A stretch of 64,000 bases of DNA from the NCBI RefSeq assembly GCF_009914755.1, contig NC_060929.1, one strand, 5' to 3'. Positions 50,913 to 63,600 of this stretch are shown here, in pieces. This DNA comes from the human T2T-CHM13v2.0 reference genome, Homo sapiens. Within the stretch, counting starts at the first letter, position 1; the number at the start of each line of letters is the position of its first letter. The notes under the pieces are model-generated. The model saw nothing but the letters and a program-made list of their open reading frames with translations. It searched no databases and was not told the origin of the DNA. Both the position numbers and the translations under genes were made by a program.

Positions 50913-51379
50913 ATTACCAACAACAAGTATTCCTTGCCTTTTACAAAGACATGACCAACCTTCAGGTTTCCAGCCATTTTCTCTACAGCTGGGTTTTTCA
51001 ATCACCTTTTCAATCACCTTAAGAGGCCTTTTTAGATATGTTTTCTTGATGGCCTCAACCCATATAAATTTGAGAACACAGACCAACTGTATGTTTGTTT
51101 ATGAATTGGAAATATATCTGTGTTTTATGCAAAAAATGAGTACTTTCTCTCCCCGTCACCCTCAAAACAGTTTTTGTCCCCCTGGGTTCTGATGTGTTTC
51201 CTGCTGAGGATATATGCTCTATGGCTCTTCATGGGTGGCTGAGAGCTCCAGAAGGAAATCATGCTATGGACATAACTGGGGCGCTGGATGTTTATTCTTT
51301 CTCTCCAGTGAGCCCCAGTATGTCTTAATGATGCTTTTATTTGCTTCTGGTCCAGAGATTTACTAATGCACTGGTGTTC

Positions 51380-52245
51380 CCACCCCAGCTGCAATCCACA
51401 CAGTGGAAAGAGCAGAAGTTACCTAGAGAAAATGCCGTGTCCCCATGCTCTACTGCAAATCTTTCTTCTTTGTCTTTTGTTTCCTTTCTCCAAATACTTG
51501 CTACTGCACCTCTTCCCCAGAATTAACATCTTCAGCTGTGTTCTGAATCTCACGTCCTTTCATCACCTCCAAGATTTCATACTTGCAGTTAATAACTTTA
51601 CCTTCAGTGTCTTCATTCTATATTTTTAAACATGAAAAATTACATGCAAAAATAATTGGAACAAGTGTGCCATATGTTACTAGATCCTGCGATACCCAAT
51701 TTTTGAATATGAGTTTGTCTTATCTTCAGCTTTCACCATGCCTGCACCATACATTTTTCCATACCCAAAAGGTGAGTATTTTCTAAATTTGTCTTGCTCT
51801 CTGTCAAAATCTTAATTTCTGTGTTATCCCAGAAAGCTCTCCAAGACCACTCCTGACCTGTTCAATTCCTCCTTGGTTTTTTGAGACTAAATCTAATAGG
51901 TTGGTGTAAATTAAAAGGAATGGCAAAAACTGCAATACTTTTGCACCAATCTAATGAGCTTGTAAGAAGTCTTCCCTCAACCTCACCAATTTCCATTTCT
52001 CAACTTTGTTCTCAATATTTACTCCTAAGTCTGAGCCCTAGAGCCCTAAGTAGAGGGTCTTTTCATCATAACACTTGTACTCTCTTATCAATGTAACGTC
52101 ACTTGACTGTGATCTTGCAAGACTGTGTACAGCTTTGGGGGCAGGAATTATGATATTCATTTCAGAGTTTCCAGTGCCTACACCAGACCCAAGAAGAATA
52201 TGTTTTCACAAATCTATTGAATGGTAGAACAAATGACTGATTGAT
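51380..52245 (+). mobile_element. L2 fragments with 3' end
   Basis: Pyrimidine-rich L2-like body; terminus ttcatttcagagtttccagtgcct..aatctattgaatgg. Confidence 0.5.
51897..51954. mobile_element. MADE1 (Hsmar1-derived MITE) with internal deletion
   Basis: taggttggtgtaaa..aatggcaaaaactgcaatacttttgcaccaatctaa versus the MADE1 TIR TTAGGTTGGTGCAAAAGTAATTGCGGTTTTTGCCATT. Confidence 0.85.
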
Positions 52246-55200
52246 GAAAACACAAATTACTTGATGGAAGAAGAGATAAGAATTTTAAAATATAACCAGC
52301 TCATGCAACAGCTTGACTAAGTAACTGTAAAATATTAATCATTCAGAATAAATTATATACTTTCAAAGATAAACTAGAAGCTTCCACAGCCAGACGTGCC
52401 ACTTAGGCCTCTACGAGGCATTTATCCATTTTATAGAAGCATCTACACTACACATCTCCTCAGGACAGAGACCACAGCGCTTGATGATGCCCCCGCAAAC
52501 TCAAAAAGTGGCCTTCAGAAGCGTTTAAACAAATGCCTCTTGATGTTAAAAGTTTGTTCTCCAAATAAAATAGAGACAAACAGCAGCACCAAGAATTCCA
52601 GGGCAGTGTGTTTGACAGAAATGTGGCTTCTGAGTACAACTGATATGATAAAACTAACAAGGAAGATAGCAATTTTATCAGGCTTTTACTCAATATTGCT
52701 TCTTTCCTGTAACTTTGTACTAGCAGCCTGTCATCAGTTTATATAATTAAGAATGGGAAAGGATTTTTGGGCTCAATGACACCTACTAAAGAATAATCCA
52801 CCCTTGAAGAAAATATTTGGCAAACATTTTAGTGTTAAGTTCAAGCAAAAACATTCTAATCTAAAAGTTTAAATAATTTAGGGTAGATTTTCTTTGATAC
52901 TTTTTCTTTTAATTGGTGTGAAAATGTTCTTTCCTCAAACTTTGTTTTGTTTTTTTTTTTCAGTCATTGGAGCATGCCCAAGGACCATCATTAAATACTA
53001 AAAGGTGAGAGGAAGCCATCTGGTCACCTCTGAGGGACTTCCAGATCTTGATGGCACTCCATCTGCATCAGTAACAATTTACTCATTACATCAAGGGCAT
53101 GGAGAAATTCAAAAGTGGACCTGTATAGGAGAAACTCAGGTCTGAGTAGCGTGATGCCAGGCATACCGTGCTCAGACCGCCTGCTCTCAGCTGAGCACAC
53201 CTGGACTGAGTTAAACATGTTAAACATATTGCTACAGCAAGTAATACATTCACCTAGTAATGCATTCTTTTTTTTCCCTTTGAAAAGAGATTCTCTACAA
53301 GATGACATCACTCGCTTTGCAAAACAGACATGAAGAATGTGTTTGCTTCTTTCATGCATGGAGCACCCTATATCAACATCACACAGGGTTGTACAAGGAT
53401 TTTTCTTGGATGTTGAAATGGAAAAGCATTCATAGCTTCCCTGAATTTTACGAGCACTGTAAACTCAATTTCCAAATCACTATTCTCTATGTTAAGGCAA
53501 TTACACATCAAGTGTGGCTACCAGACTTCTGCTGTGCATGTCCACTTCTTCCATATGTCACGCCTCTGCTGTCTGCTCCCGCACTTCAGCTCAGAGTCTC
53601 CTTGCATTGCTCTGTTGAAAGGCACCTGAAGTTCATGTCTTTACCCAAGGTTGGTAGCATGCCTCAGCCCAGTGCATAATGGTAATAACAAGAACAGCCG
53701 TTCCAATTTTGTGTATGCAAGTCTGCCTAAATCTATAATTTTCTAACCATCCTTCTATCTGCTTTACTCCAAAATCTGCTGTGAATTAATTCAGTAATCT
53801 TTACTTTGTAAATTAGTGCTAGAGATGAAAAGAGTCTAGCAACTTGCCTAATATTTCATAACCAGTAAATGGTAAACCATGAATCCAAACCCAGATCTAT
53901 GCAATTGCAAATACTGAGCTCGTTTTGTTACATCATTGAAAAGATAATGAAGCCTGGGCAGATCATTACAATTTTTAAATTTACTTAAGCTGTTCAAAGG
54001 CATACCATTAAGATAATTAACAAGAGATTTCCTGGAAGTCAATACCTTGAACAACTCATTTTCAGATTTAATGTGTAAATATGTCCTGTTAATAATTAAA
54101 GGGGAAAATGAGCAATTATTTCTATCAATCTCTCTTAAGTGACTAAGAATTTTTGCATGTGTTCCAATTACTCTGATTCTTGTATGTTTTCAATCATAAA
54201 TATCATTCACATTTATAAGTTGCTTATACTGAAATCCTCCAAGAGTAAAAAGACATATGTCAGATCAAGGTATTGATTTTTAAAAACACTGATTTTTTTT
54301 TAATCAGGATAAGTAAGTCTTATCCAATGTTACCTTAAACTTGAAAAGAACCACTTGGCCCTTTGTTCTGAAGAGTCATCATGGAAAGTTGAACTTGACA
54401 GAGTTCCAAGAGAAACCAACATCCCGGAGTTGAGGGCAGCTCATATAGTCACCCAGAGTGCACTGAGATCCCCTGACTCCTCACAGGTGCCCCTTCTTTA
54501 TTTCATCCTCAGCATCCCTACCTACCTCCTTCTACCAGATGAGGCTTTAGAGCAAACAAACACTTGGGTGTGTGACTTTGAGAATTGCTGTCAGTGTCAA
54601 GCATGTTTATATATGTAAATCAGTTTATGCAGAAATTACATTTTTAAAATAATGTCAGTGTTGTAGAACACAAATAGGCATACTCCCTTTGCAAATCATT
54701 TACTTCAATGATTCTAAGGAAAAAACTATTATATCATGATAGCTGTGGACCAAACAGGCTGGAGAAAATGTACTGCAATGTGAACCTTATGTATTTTCTT
54801 CCTTCCAATTGGCAGTGCATTTTTCAAAGCCTGTATATCTACATAATATACATTGGTACATATGTATCACTAAGTCGATCAGCATAGCTTGATTAGTAAA
54901 CAGACTTTGTGTTTTATAGTACTAAAGAAAAATAATAGTATAGATTAAAAGTGAAATAATAACAATGTTTACACATAATGGAATATATAAAAGCGTATTT
55001 ATCAAAGCATATTTGTGAAATCGATCAATTCTCATTTTTTATAAGCAATAATCAAACTAGGGGAACTGAGGTGATTATAACTCTATAGAGAATTCATGAT
55101 AGTCAAGGAATCTAAATTTTGAAATCACAGCTTCCCTAAGACCCAGATGATGGTGGCATGCTCTAGAACTTGACTTCCCTGTCTGTGCCTCTCCACACAG

Positions 55201-55393
55201 GCCAGGACTACTGCTGAGCTAGAGGGATGCACCCATGCAGGCTCCATGTACTTCTCTAGAGCACCCTTCCCAGGCTTCCCTTCATTTCGTTCCCAACCAT
55301 GCCATCCAACTTATTTAACTTACTGGCATACAGTTGTTCATAGGATCCCCTCATAGTCCTTTTGATTTCAATAAAGTCAATAATAATGTCTCA

Positions 55394-55618
55394 ACTAGGC
55401 ATGGTGCCTCAGGCCTGTAATCCCAGCACTTCAGGAGGCTGAGGTGGCTGGATCACATGAGGTCAGGAGTTCAAGATCAGCTTGGCCAACATGGTGAAAC
55501 CCTGTCTCTACCAAAAATGCAAAAATTAGATAGACATGGTGGCACGCCCCCGTAATCCTAGCAACTCAGGAGGCTGAGTTGGGAGGATTGCTTGAACCTG
55601 GGAAGTGGAAGCTGTCTC

Positions 55619-55619
<1 letters not shown>
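55394..55619 (+). mobile_element. AluS with a ~55-bp deletion near the 3' end
   Basis: The Alu runs to ggaagtggaagctg then jumps to tctca; the gcagtgagccgagatc..gagact segment is absent. Confidence 0.92.

Positions 55620-55671
<52 letters not shown>
55620..55671. repeat. (AAT)n microsatellite forming the Alu tail, ~17 units
   Basis: Directly visible. Confidence 0.97.
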
Positions 55672-55679
55672 GTCTCCTC

Positions 55680-56060
55680 TTTTGTTCCTGATTTTTGTAA
55701 TTTGAGTTTTCTTTCATTTTTTTTCTTGGTCAGAGTAGATAAATGTTTATCCATGTTATTGGTCTATTCAAATAACTAACTTGGTTTCATTGACTTTGCC
55801 TATTTTCTATTCTCTGTTTCATTTGTTTCTGCTATCTGTAAGCTTTCTTATTTGTGCTTGCTTTGGGTTTACTTTGGTCCCTTTGTTTAGTTCGATAAGG
55901 TAGAAGTTTAACTTATTTATCTGATTTTTTTTTAAATACTACAGGCACTCACAGCTACAAAGTTTCCTCTAACAGTCCTTTAGTTATCTGCCATGAATTT
56001 TGGTATGTTGCGTTTTTGTTTTTATTCTTTTCAAAGTATTTTTATAATTTTCCTTTTGTG
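55680..56060 (-). mobile_element. Old L1 (L1M4/L1MB-like) ORF2 fragment
   Basis: tttttcttggtcag..ttggtttcattga..cacagctacaaagtttcctctaa..attttggtatgttg. Confidence 0.75.
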
Positions 56061-56631
56061 GGGACAGGTCCTAAGAAATATGAATTTCTTTAGATTTCAT
56101 TAAAGAGTAAACATATTTGTCATCCAATGCTGTGAAAAAGTCTGCTTATCAATTTGTCATCTCAAGTTTTAAAAAATAAAATTCAAATTTATGGTAAATT
56201 TAAGGAATTATTATCAATATCTTCATAGTAATCAAACATTGTGTTTTTCTTTCTCAGTTTCTTGTGGAGCTCTTGGTATAATAGTGAATGCATATTTATT
56301 ATGTTCATATTAAATGTGCGTGTAATTATGGCTGCATTATCATGAAAAATGTTCCTTTACATGCAGGAGAGTTCTAACACTTGTAGAGGCTCTGAAGGGA
56401 ACTTCTTGGGATAGAATCGGAAAGTTTGCTTTCTTACAAGAAAGGTTAGTACACACATTCTGTTCTGGTGGAATGGCAGCACCTATGGCCCCTTAGATGA
56501 ATTACAGCTTTTTACAGCAGGAATATGTCTGGTGGCCCTATTTCATATCCATTCTTAAAATACGGTAATCACCTTCCTGATATACATAAATGTATTGTCT
56601 ATGTTTTAATAAGACACAACATAGAATGACA

Positions 56632-56939
56632 AGCCGGCCATGGTGGCTCACACCTGTAATCCCAGCACTTTGGGAGGCCAAGGTGGGTGGATTGAGGTCA
56701 GGAGTTTGAGACCAGCCTGACCAACATGGCGAAACCCCATCTCTACTAAAAACACAAAAAAAGTTAGCCGGGCGTGGTGGAGCATACCTGTAATCCCAGC
56801 TACTCAGGATGCTGAGACAGGAGAATCGCTTGAATCCGGGAGGCGGAGGTTACAGTGAGTCGAGGTCCTGCCACTGCACTCCAGCCTGGGTGAAAGAGCG
56901 AGACTTCAACTCAAGAAAAAAAAAAGAAAAAAAAAAAAA
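56632..56939 (+). mobile_element. AluS
   Basis: Full dimer plus A tail; decayed TSD acacaacatagaatgac / acaccacatagcatgac. Confidence 0.96.
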
Positions 56940-57099
56940 CACCACATAGCATGACTAAAATCTCAGCTTTAATCTCCAGGAAGACCACACCAGCTCTTTG
57001 ACAAAGTGTACAGTTTTCATGGCAACAAAGTCTACAGAGTCTGTCAACACTGAAGGACGACTTTCTGAGAAGGTCACAGCCTCAAATGCCTTAGCAAAG

Positions 57100-57325
57100 A
57101 GATGAGGGAAATTGATAGCATTAAATTTACAAATCAGAAGAAATGTCTCAAATCAATAACCTAGCCTTCCACTTTACAAAACTGGAAAAAGAAGAGCAAA
57201 CTAAATGCCAAACAGCAGATGGAAGGAAATAATAAAGATTATGGTGGAAATAAATAAAATAGAGTAAGAAATGCAATTGAGAAAAATCAATGAAACCTGA
57301 ATTTGATTCTTTTGGAAAAGATGAA
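57100..57325 (+). mobile_element. Old L1 ORF2 fragment
   Basis: gagggaaattgatagc..tctcaaatcaataacctagccttccac..aaaagaagagcaaactaaa..aaaatcaatgaaacc. Confidence 0.8.
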
Positions 57326-57523
57326 CTTGTGTCATGGACCTACCAGTTTTCTGTTAGGTCCAAAACCAAGACCTGCCATGGTTTTGACAATGTCCTTAGT
57401 GATTAACAAGAAAATATAGGAACTAAAAATAAGTTAAAAAGCAACATCTTAAATAACAGCAGACACATCTATTAATTAATAGGATTTTCTACTTGATTGA
57501 AAGAGGTTAATATTCTTGACATT

Positions 57524-57906
57524 TGTATTAGTCCTTGCTTGCATTGCTATAAATAACTACCTGAGACTTCGTAATTGATAAAGAAAAGAGGTTTAATTGG
57601 CTCACTGTTCTGCAGGCTGTACAGGAAGCATGGGTGGGGAGGCCTCAGGAAACTTACAATCATGGCAGAAGGCAAAGGGAAAGCAGGCACATTCTACTGG
57701 CTGGAGCAGGAGGAAGAGAATGAAGCAGGACATGCTGTACACTTTTAAAACAATCAGATCTTGTGGGAACTCATGCACTATCCTGAGAACAGCAAAGAAA
57801 AAATATGCCCCATCATCCAATCACCTCCCACTAGACCCCTCCTCCAACACTGGGGATTACAATTTGATATGTTATTTGGGCAGGGACACAAATCCAAATT
57901 ATATCA
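57524..57906 (-). mobile_element. MSTA-type MaLR solo LTR with 5-bp TSD ACATT
   Basis: tgtattagtcc..gaggtttaattggctcac..ggaaacttacaatcatggcagaagg..ccaaattatatca; ACATT at 57519-57523 and 57907-57911. Confidence 0.92.
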
Positions 57907-58379
57907 ACATTAAAAAATCAATGTCCTTAGGCATGAAGTTTTTCACACTCTTTTGCAAATAATGAGTCCCATCAGGCAGAACTGTAGCATGTGCAGTCCT
58001 TATGCACTGTCTTTCCACTGGCAGAATCTCTCCCGAGCAGGGCATGGTCTTGTCATAGATGGTCATCTTTGCTCTATGTGTAGGTGCTGGATAAGTAATG
58101 TCATCCTGGTCTTTTCCTTTGTCTTTCCTGGTATGGAATTTCTACTCCACAAGTGAGCTGGGCAGGGGAAATCACAATCCAGTAATCTCAATCTGCCATG
58201 CAGAGGGTAGAGTTTGTGCTAGTAGGAGAAAGGTGCTCCAGACCTTTTGGAAGTGGGTGTCTGGAATAAAACTTCTGCAACACAGATCTGGAAGAGATGT
58301 GAAATCAAAATGGCCTGTCCCTTCTAGGGTAAAGCCCCATCCTGAAGAACAGTTCCCACCCCATCCTGAATAACAGCTC

Positions 58380-58745
58380 TGATATAGTTTGGCTCTGTGT
58401 CCCTACCCAAATCTCATGTCAAATTGTAATTCCCAGTATTGGAGGAGGGGCCTGGTAGGAGGTGATTGAATCATGGGGTGGACTTCCCCCTTACAATTCT
58501 TGTGATTCAGGTCTTTCAAGATCTGCTTGTTTAAAAGTGTAGCACTTCCCTGCCCTCTCTGGTCAGCCAGGTGAAGAAGTACTTGCTTCCCCTTTGCCTT
58601 CCACCATGATTGTAAGTTTTTGAGGCCTCCCTAGAAGCAGAAGCCTGTACGGCCCACAGAACCATGAGCCAATTAAACCTCCTTTCTTTATAAATTACCC
58701 AGTCTCCGGCAGTTCTTTATAGCAGTGTGAGAAAAAACTAATACA
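58380..58745 (+). mobile_element. MSTA-type MaLR 5' LTR
   Basis: tgatatagtttggctctgtgtccc..ccatgattgtaagttt..gccaattaaacctc..actaataca. Confidence 0.92.
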
Positions 58746-59957
58746 GAAAATTGGTACCAGAGAAGTGTGGCATTGCTATAAAGATATCTGAAAATGTGGA
58801 GGCAACTTTGGGACTGGGTAACATGCAGAGGTTAAAACAGTTTGGAGAGCTCAGAAGATAGGAAGATGAGGGAAAGTTTGAAACTTCCTAGAGACTTGTT
58901 AAATGGTTGTGATCAAAATGCTGATAGTGATATGGACAATGAAATGCACACTGAGGTGGTCTCAGAGGGTGATGAGAAACTTATTGGGAATTGGAGTAAA
59001 GGTCACACATGCTATCCTTTAGCAAAGAGACTGGTGACATTTTGCTCCTGCTCCAGTGGTCTGCTGAACTTTGAACTTGAGAGAGATGATTTATGGTATC
59101 TCACAGGAGAAATTTCTGAGCAGCAAAGCGTTCAAGTTATAGCCAGGCTGCTTCTAAAAGCCCATAATAATTTGCATAAACAAAGAAATGACCTGAAACT
59201 GGAACTTATATTTAAAAGGGAAGCAGAGCATATAAGTATAAAAGAATTACAACCTGGTCATGTGGTAGAAAAGGAAAACCTATTTTCTGGGAGAAATTCA
59301 AGCCAGCTGCAGAAATTTGCAATACTAAGGAGGAGCTGAATGTTAATAGCCAAGACAATGGGGAAAATACCTCCAAGGCATTTCAGAGACCTTCACGGCA
59401 GCCCTGGAAGCCTGGGATGAAAAATGGTTTTGTGGGTCAGACCCAGGGCCCTGCTGCTCTGTGCAACCTCAGGACATGGCACCCTGCATCCCAGCCACTC
59501 CAGCTTCAGCCATGGCTAAAAGGGTCCCAGATATGTCTCAGGCCTCTGCTCTAGAGGGTGAAAGCTGGAAGCTGTCAAGGCTTTCATGTGGTGTTAAGCC
59601 TTCAGGTGCACAGAGGGCAAGAGTTGAGGCTTGGGGGCCTCTGTCTAGATTTCAGTGGATTTATAGAAATGCTTGGATGTCCAGACAGATGTCTGCTGCA
59701 GTGGGGAGCCCTCATGGAGAAGCTCTACTAAGGCAGTGAGGAGGGGAAATGTGGGGTTGCAGCTCCCACACAAAGTCCCCACTGGGGCACTGCCTAGTGG
59801 AGCTGTGAGAAGAAGGCCACAGTTCTCCAGACTCTAAAACAGTAGATCCACTGACAGCTTGCACCATGTACCTGGAAAAGCCTAGGGTAGTCAATACCAG
59901 CCTGTGAAAGCAGCCACAGGGACTGTACCCTGTAGAGTCACAGGGGTGGAGCTGCCT
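58746..59957 (+). mobile_element. MST internal sequence (MaLR ORF remnant), 3'-truncated, no 3' LTR
   Basis: Directly follows the LTR (gaaaattggtacc). ORF 58842-59339 (EDRKMRESLKLPRDLLNGCDQNADSDMDNE..LIGNWSKGHTCY.LAKRL..FELERDDL) is the typical MaLR internal ORF. Confidence 0.92.
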
Positions 59958-60534
59958 GTCTGTGGACACAACAGCCTCACACTCCTTCCCTTTGATCTGG
60001 ATCAGCCACAGGATTTCAGGACAATTCAGATTGAGGGACAGGGTCAGGTCATTCAAAGTGAGATGCTGCTCTTCTTAGCAAGGTATGGGTGGGCTCTGCC
60101 CAGTTGAAATAAGATACAAGCAAGTGACCATACAGATAGTGCTAGTATCTGCTGCATTTCACGCTGGTTACCAAAACAGAGATATTACATATCCATTAAT
60201 TTAATCCATCTATATATGTACACAAATATTGACTTTAAAATATATGGTTATTTACTGCTTATCCTGGATAATTTGCCTGATGTATTTCAGCACATAATAG
60301 CAAACAATAGAAAATTGCTTGGGTTGGAAATATTTAGGTAATTTTGTAAACTTAATTACAGCAAGAACACAAGTCCTAATATGGAACTCATAAAAATCAC
60401 AGAGAGGCAAATAAAGCTTAAAATATTTCTTGATAATTGAAAGCAATTCAGTGAATAATTAAGTGTCAAGTTGTACTAACTGTTGACCTTCATAGAGCCA
60501 TAAATTATCCATCATTAAATTAATATTTTAGAAT

Positions 60535-60880
60535 CTTGAGATCATGTATTAACAGACTCACATGCAGTTTTAACAAATAATACAGAGAGATCCCATATAG
60601 CTTTTACCAAGTTACCCAAAGGCAACATCTGACAAAACTGTAGTACAGCATCACAAGGAGAACATTGACATTGACACAATCAACAGGCGGAATATTTCCA
60701 TCTCCACCAGGATCCCTCAGGCTGCCTGTGGATAGCCATGCTCACTCCTGCTTGTCCTGGCCTCCTTCTCACACTTAGCAATCACTAACCTGTTCTATAC
60801 ATCTGTAATTTCATTGTTTTAAGAATGTTATAGAAATGGAATCACACAGTATGTAACCTTTTGGGACTGGCTTTAGTTAC
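60535..60880 (-). mobile_element. L1MC1/2 3' end
   Basis: cacatgcagtt..aataatacagagagatccc..cattgacattgacaca..aggatccctca..aatggaatcacacagtatgtaaccttttgggactggctt. Confidence 0.82.
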
Positions 60881-60911
60881 TTATTCATTGATTTGTTTGT
60901 TTGTTGTTTTT

Positions 60912-61266
60912 GAGATACCACCTTGCTCCTGCAAGAATGGCCATAATTAAAAAATAAAAAAAAAAAACAGATGTTAGCATAGATGTGGTAAAAAGGGAAC
61001 ACTTTTATGCTACTGGTGGGAATGTAAACTAGAACAACAACTATGGAAAACAGTATGGAGATTCCTTAAAGAATTAAAAGTAGAACTAAAATGTTGACCC
61101 AGCAATTCCACTACTGAGTATCTGTCTAGAGGAAAAGAAGTCATTATATGAAGAAGACACTTGCACACACATGTTTATAGCAGCACAATTCTCAATAGCA
61201 AAAATATGAAACCAGCCTAAACGCCCATCAACCAATGAGTATATAAACAAAATATTATAGATAGAC

Positions 61267-61310
<44 letters not shown>

Positions 61311-61457
61311 GATAGATAGACAGACAGATGCAGTTGTAACAAATAATACAGAGCGATCCCATATAGCTTTTACCAAGTTACCCACAGGCAACATCTGACA
61401 AAACGGTAGTACAGCATCACAAGGAGAACATTGACATTGGCACAATCAACAGTCAGA

Positions 61458-61506
<49 letters not shown>

Positions 61507-61868
61507 AAGAATACTACTCAGCCATAAAAGCATTCACAGTAACCTGGATGGAGGTGGAGACAATAATTCTAAGTGAAGTAACTCAGGAATGGAAAACCAA
61601 ACATTGTATGTTCTCAGGTATAAGCAGGAGCTAAGCTATGAGGACATAAAGGCATAAGAAGGATATAATAGATTTTGAGGACTCAAGGGGAAGGTTGTAG
61701 GAGGAGCAAGGGATAAGAGACTACACACTGGGTACAGTGTACACTGCTTAGGTGATGGGTGCAACAAAATCTCAGAAATCACCACTAAAGAACTTTTCCA
61801 TGAAACCAAACACCACCTGTTCCCCCCAAATTATTGAAATATAAATAAAAATAAATTTGAAAAAAAAT
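60912..61868 (+). mobile_element. 5'-truncated L1PB 3' end
   Basis: gagataccaccttgctcctgcaagaatggccataat..gaggaaaagaagtcattatatgaa..aactcaggaatggaaaaccaaac..caccacctgttcccc, then an A-rich tail. Confidence 0.9.
61257..61505. repeat. (GATA)n tetranucleotide STR split into two blocks by a 133-bp insert
   Basis: GATA/GACA block 61257-61327 and GATA block 61459-61505. Confidence 0.96.
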
Positions 61869-63600
61869 TTATTATTAAAATTTATAAAAGTTTTACATCT
61901 ATTTTATTGTTTTTAATAATTGTGTACTAATATTATTTGTAATGTTTTAATTCTTAGAGCCTATAATCAGAGGCAATATGAAAAATAAAGATTTGCATTT
62001 ACATATATAGTTTTTTAAATGTATATTAAACATATACACACCTTGGTAAGATGACCTCTAAGATACTCAATTATAAATATATTTTTTTCATAAAAATTAT
62101 GAGAAATATGTGTGATGGATTTGTTCAAGGTGGAAAATCAAGGGTATCAATCACTGAGCTGTCAAAGAACATTTACATACAGTTTTAAAATGAGTATCAC
62201 ATCAAAGTGGTCTTTGGATTTTATTAGATACATTTAAATATAGTGTGCCGTTTTATTTTTCAATGTTACTGTTTGCTATATGCTAAACCATTGAAATGTA
62301 TAAAATATTTCAGATGTCGACTTAAAGTGGTGTGAGTAGGTTTCAAATTTCTTTTGTGTGTATGTGTTTAAAACCATTAAAGGCCAATGGTTTTTGTTAA
62401 AATAAATATCCCATCCCTCCCTCCTTAGCCGACTCCATGTAAGTTACAGCTTTCTTGGTTCCCTGGGTTATTTTGGACCTAAGGACTTTCACAAGTGAGA
62501 TTGTGGTTTTGCCACTGGCCCAGCATAGCCCAGGGAATGGGAAGCATGACATCCTTCATAGATCCTTTCCTGACAGCATGGAATGCCTTCTCAAGTGTCA
62601 CCTTCCTGATACCGAATGCTTTGAGTAGTCATCAGATTCTTGTTGCATCTTAAAACATGAGCCATAAGAGTATGAGAGAGCTGCATATCACTTGCAAAAT
62701 CTGACCAGGAAAATATGTTCATGTACAGTCACTAAGGGACCAGTAGACACTCATATGTCACTCACTATTTCATTCTCCCCTGGAAGCCCTGTGTTTTCTT
62801 GCCGTATTATCTTTGGCAGTGGTTGCTTCATCATCTTCCTATCCAACGTTTGCCTTGGAATATACCATTATCCCATTGGGTCCCTATCCTTTGCTACCTA
62901 GTGAAGCCATACACTAATCCTCAAGACAGATCATAAACTTGAGAGACCACCCACCGTGGAAAGAAATAATGGGTGTTGTCATGGCAGAATTTACCAGGAT
63001 TTCTTGCTTATTTGTCCTGGAAATGAGAAGAAATTTTTCTTTAAAACACCTATGTGACTAGGAAATTAGATATTTGGATAGAGATAACAAAAAAACCAGC
63101 TCCGATGAGTGAGAAAAATCAGGGAATCCCTGAAAAAGAAATTAGGATATGTTATGGAATGCAAGGAAGGTTGAACCATTGGAATATATGATAGGTGATA
63201 AAGATACAATTTTAAGGGTACTAGGAGACTTCTTCCTAGAATACTACTTTTAATGTAATTTGGTTCCAACAACTCCCAGCCTCTTATCATTTTCAGTTCA
63301 AAAATCAAAATTCCTGGGGAAAGAATCATCTGGTTACTTTGGTTTGGAATAGGTTTCTACCCCTTAATGAAATATGACTGTATCATAGGGCCATGTACAG
63401 ACACAGTACTGAGAATGAATCTTCCAAACAGCAAGCCAATTTTAAATATGTGGAAATTTCTGTGAGCAAGAAAGCTGACCAAGTAGAACCCACTTTTTCT
63501 TCCTACCATAGATGTGATTAAGGAATGAAAAACCATTATTTGATTTTGTGTAGGCAGTCATATCCAGCTCTCTTCAGAAAACGGAGAAGTCCATGGAAAC

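Noticed and set aside
51897-51954. MADE1 as a miR-548-type hairpin
   Set aside because: Most of the left TIR is deleted, leaving only a ~12-bp imperfect stem, too short for a pre-miRNA.
55526-55779. Poly-Leu / poly-Ile 'transmembrane' ORFs
   Set aside because: Translations of the (AAT)n microsatellite plus Alu.
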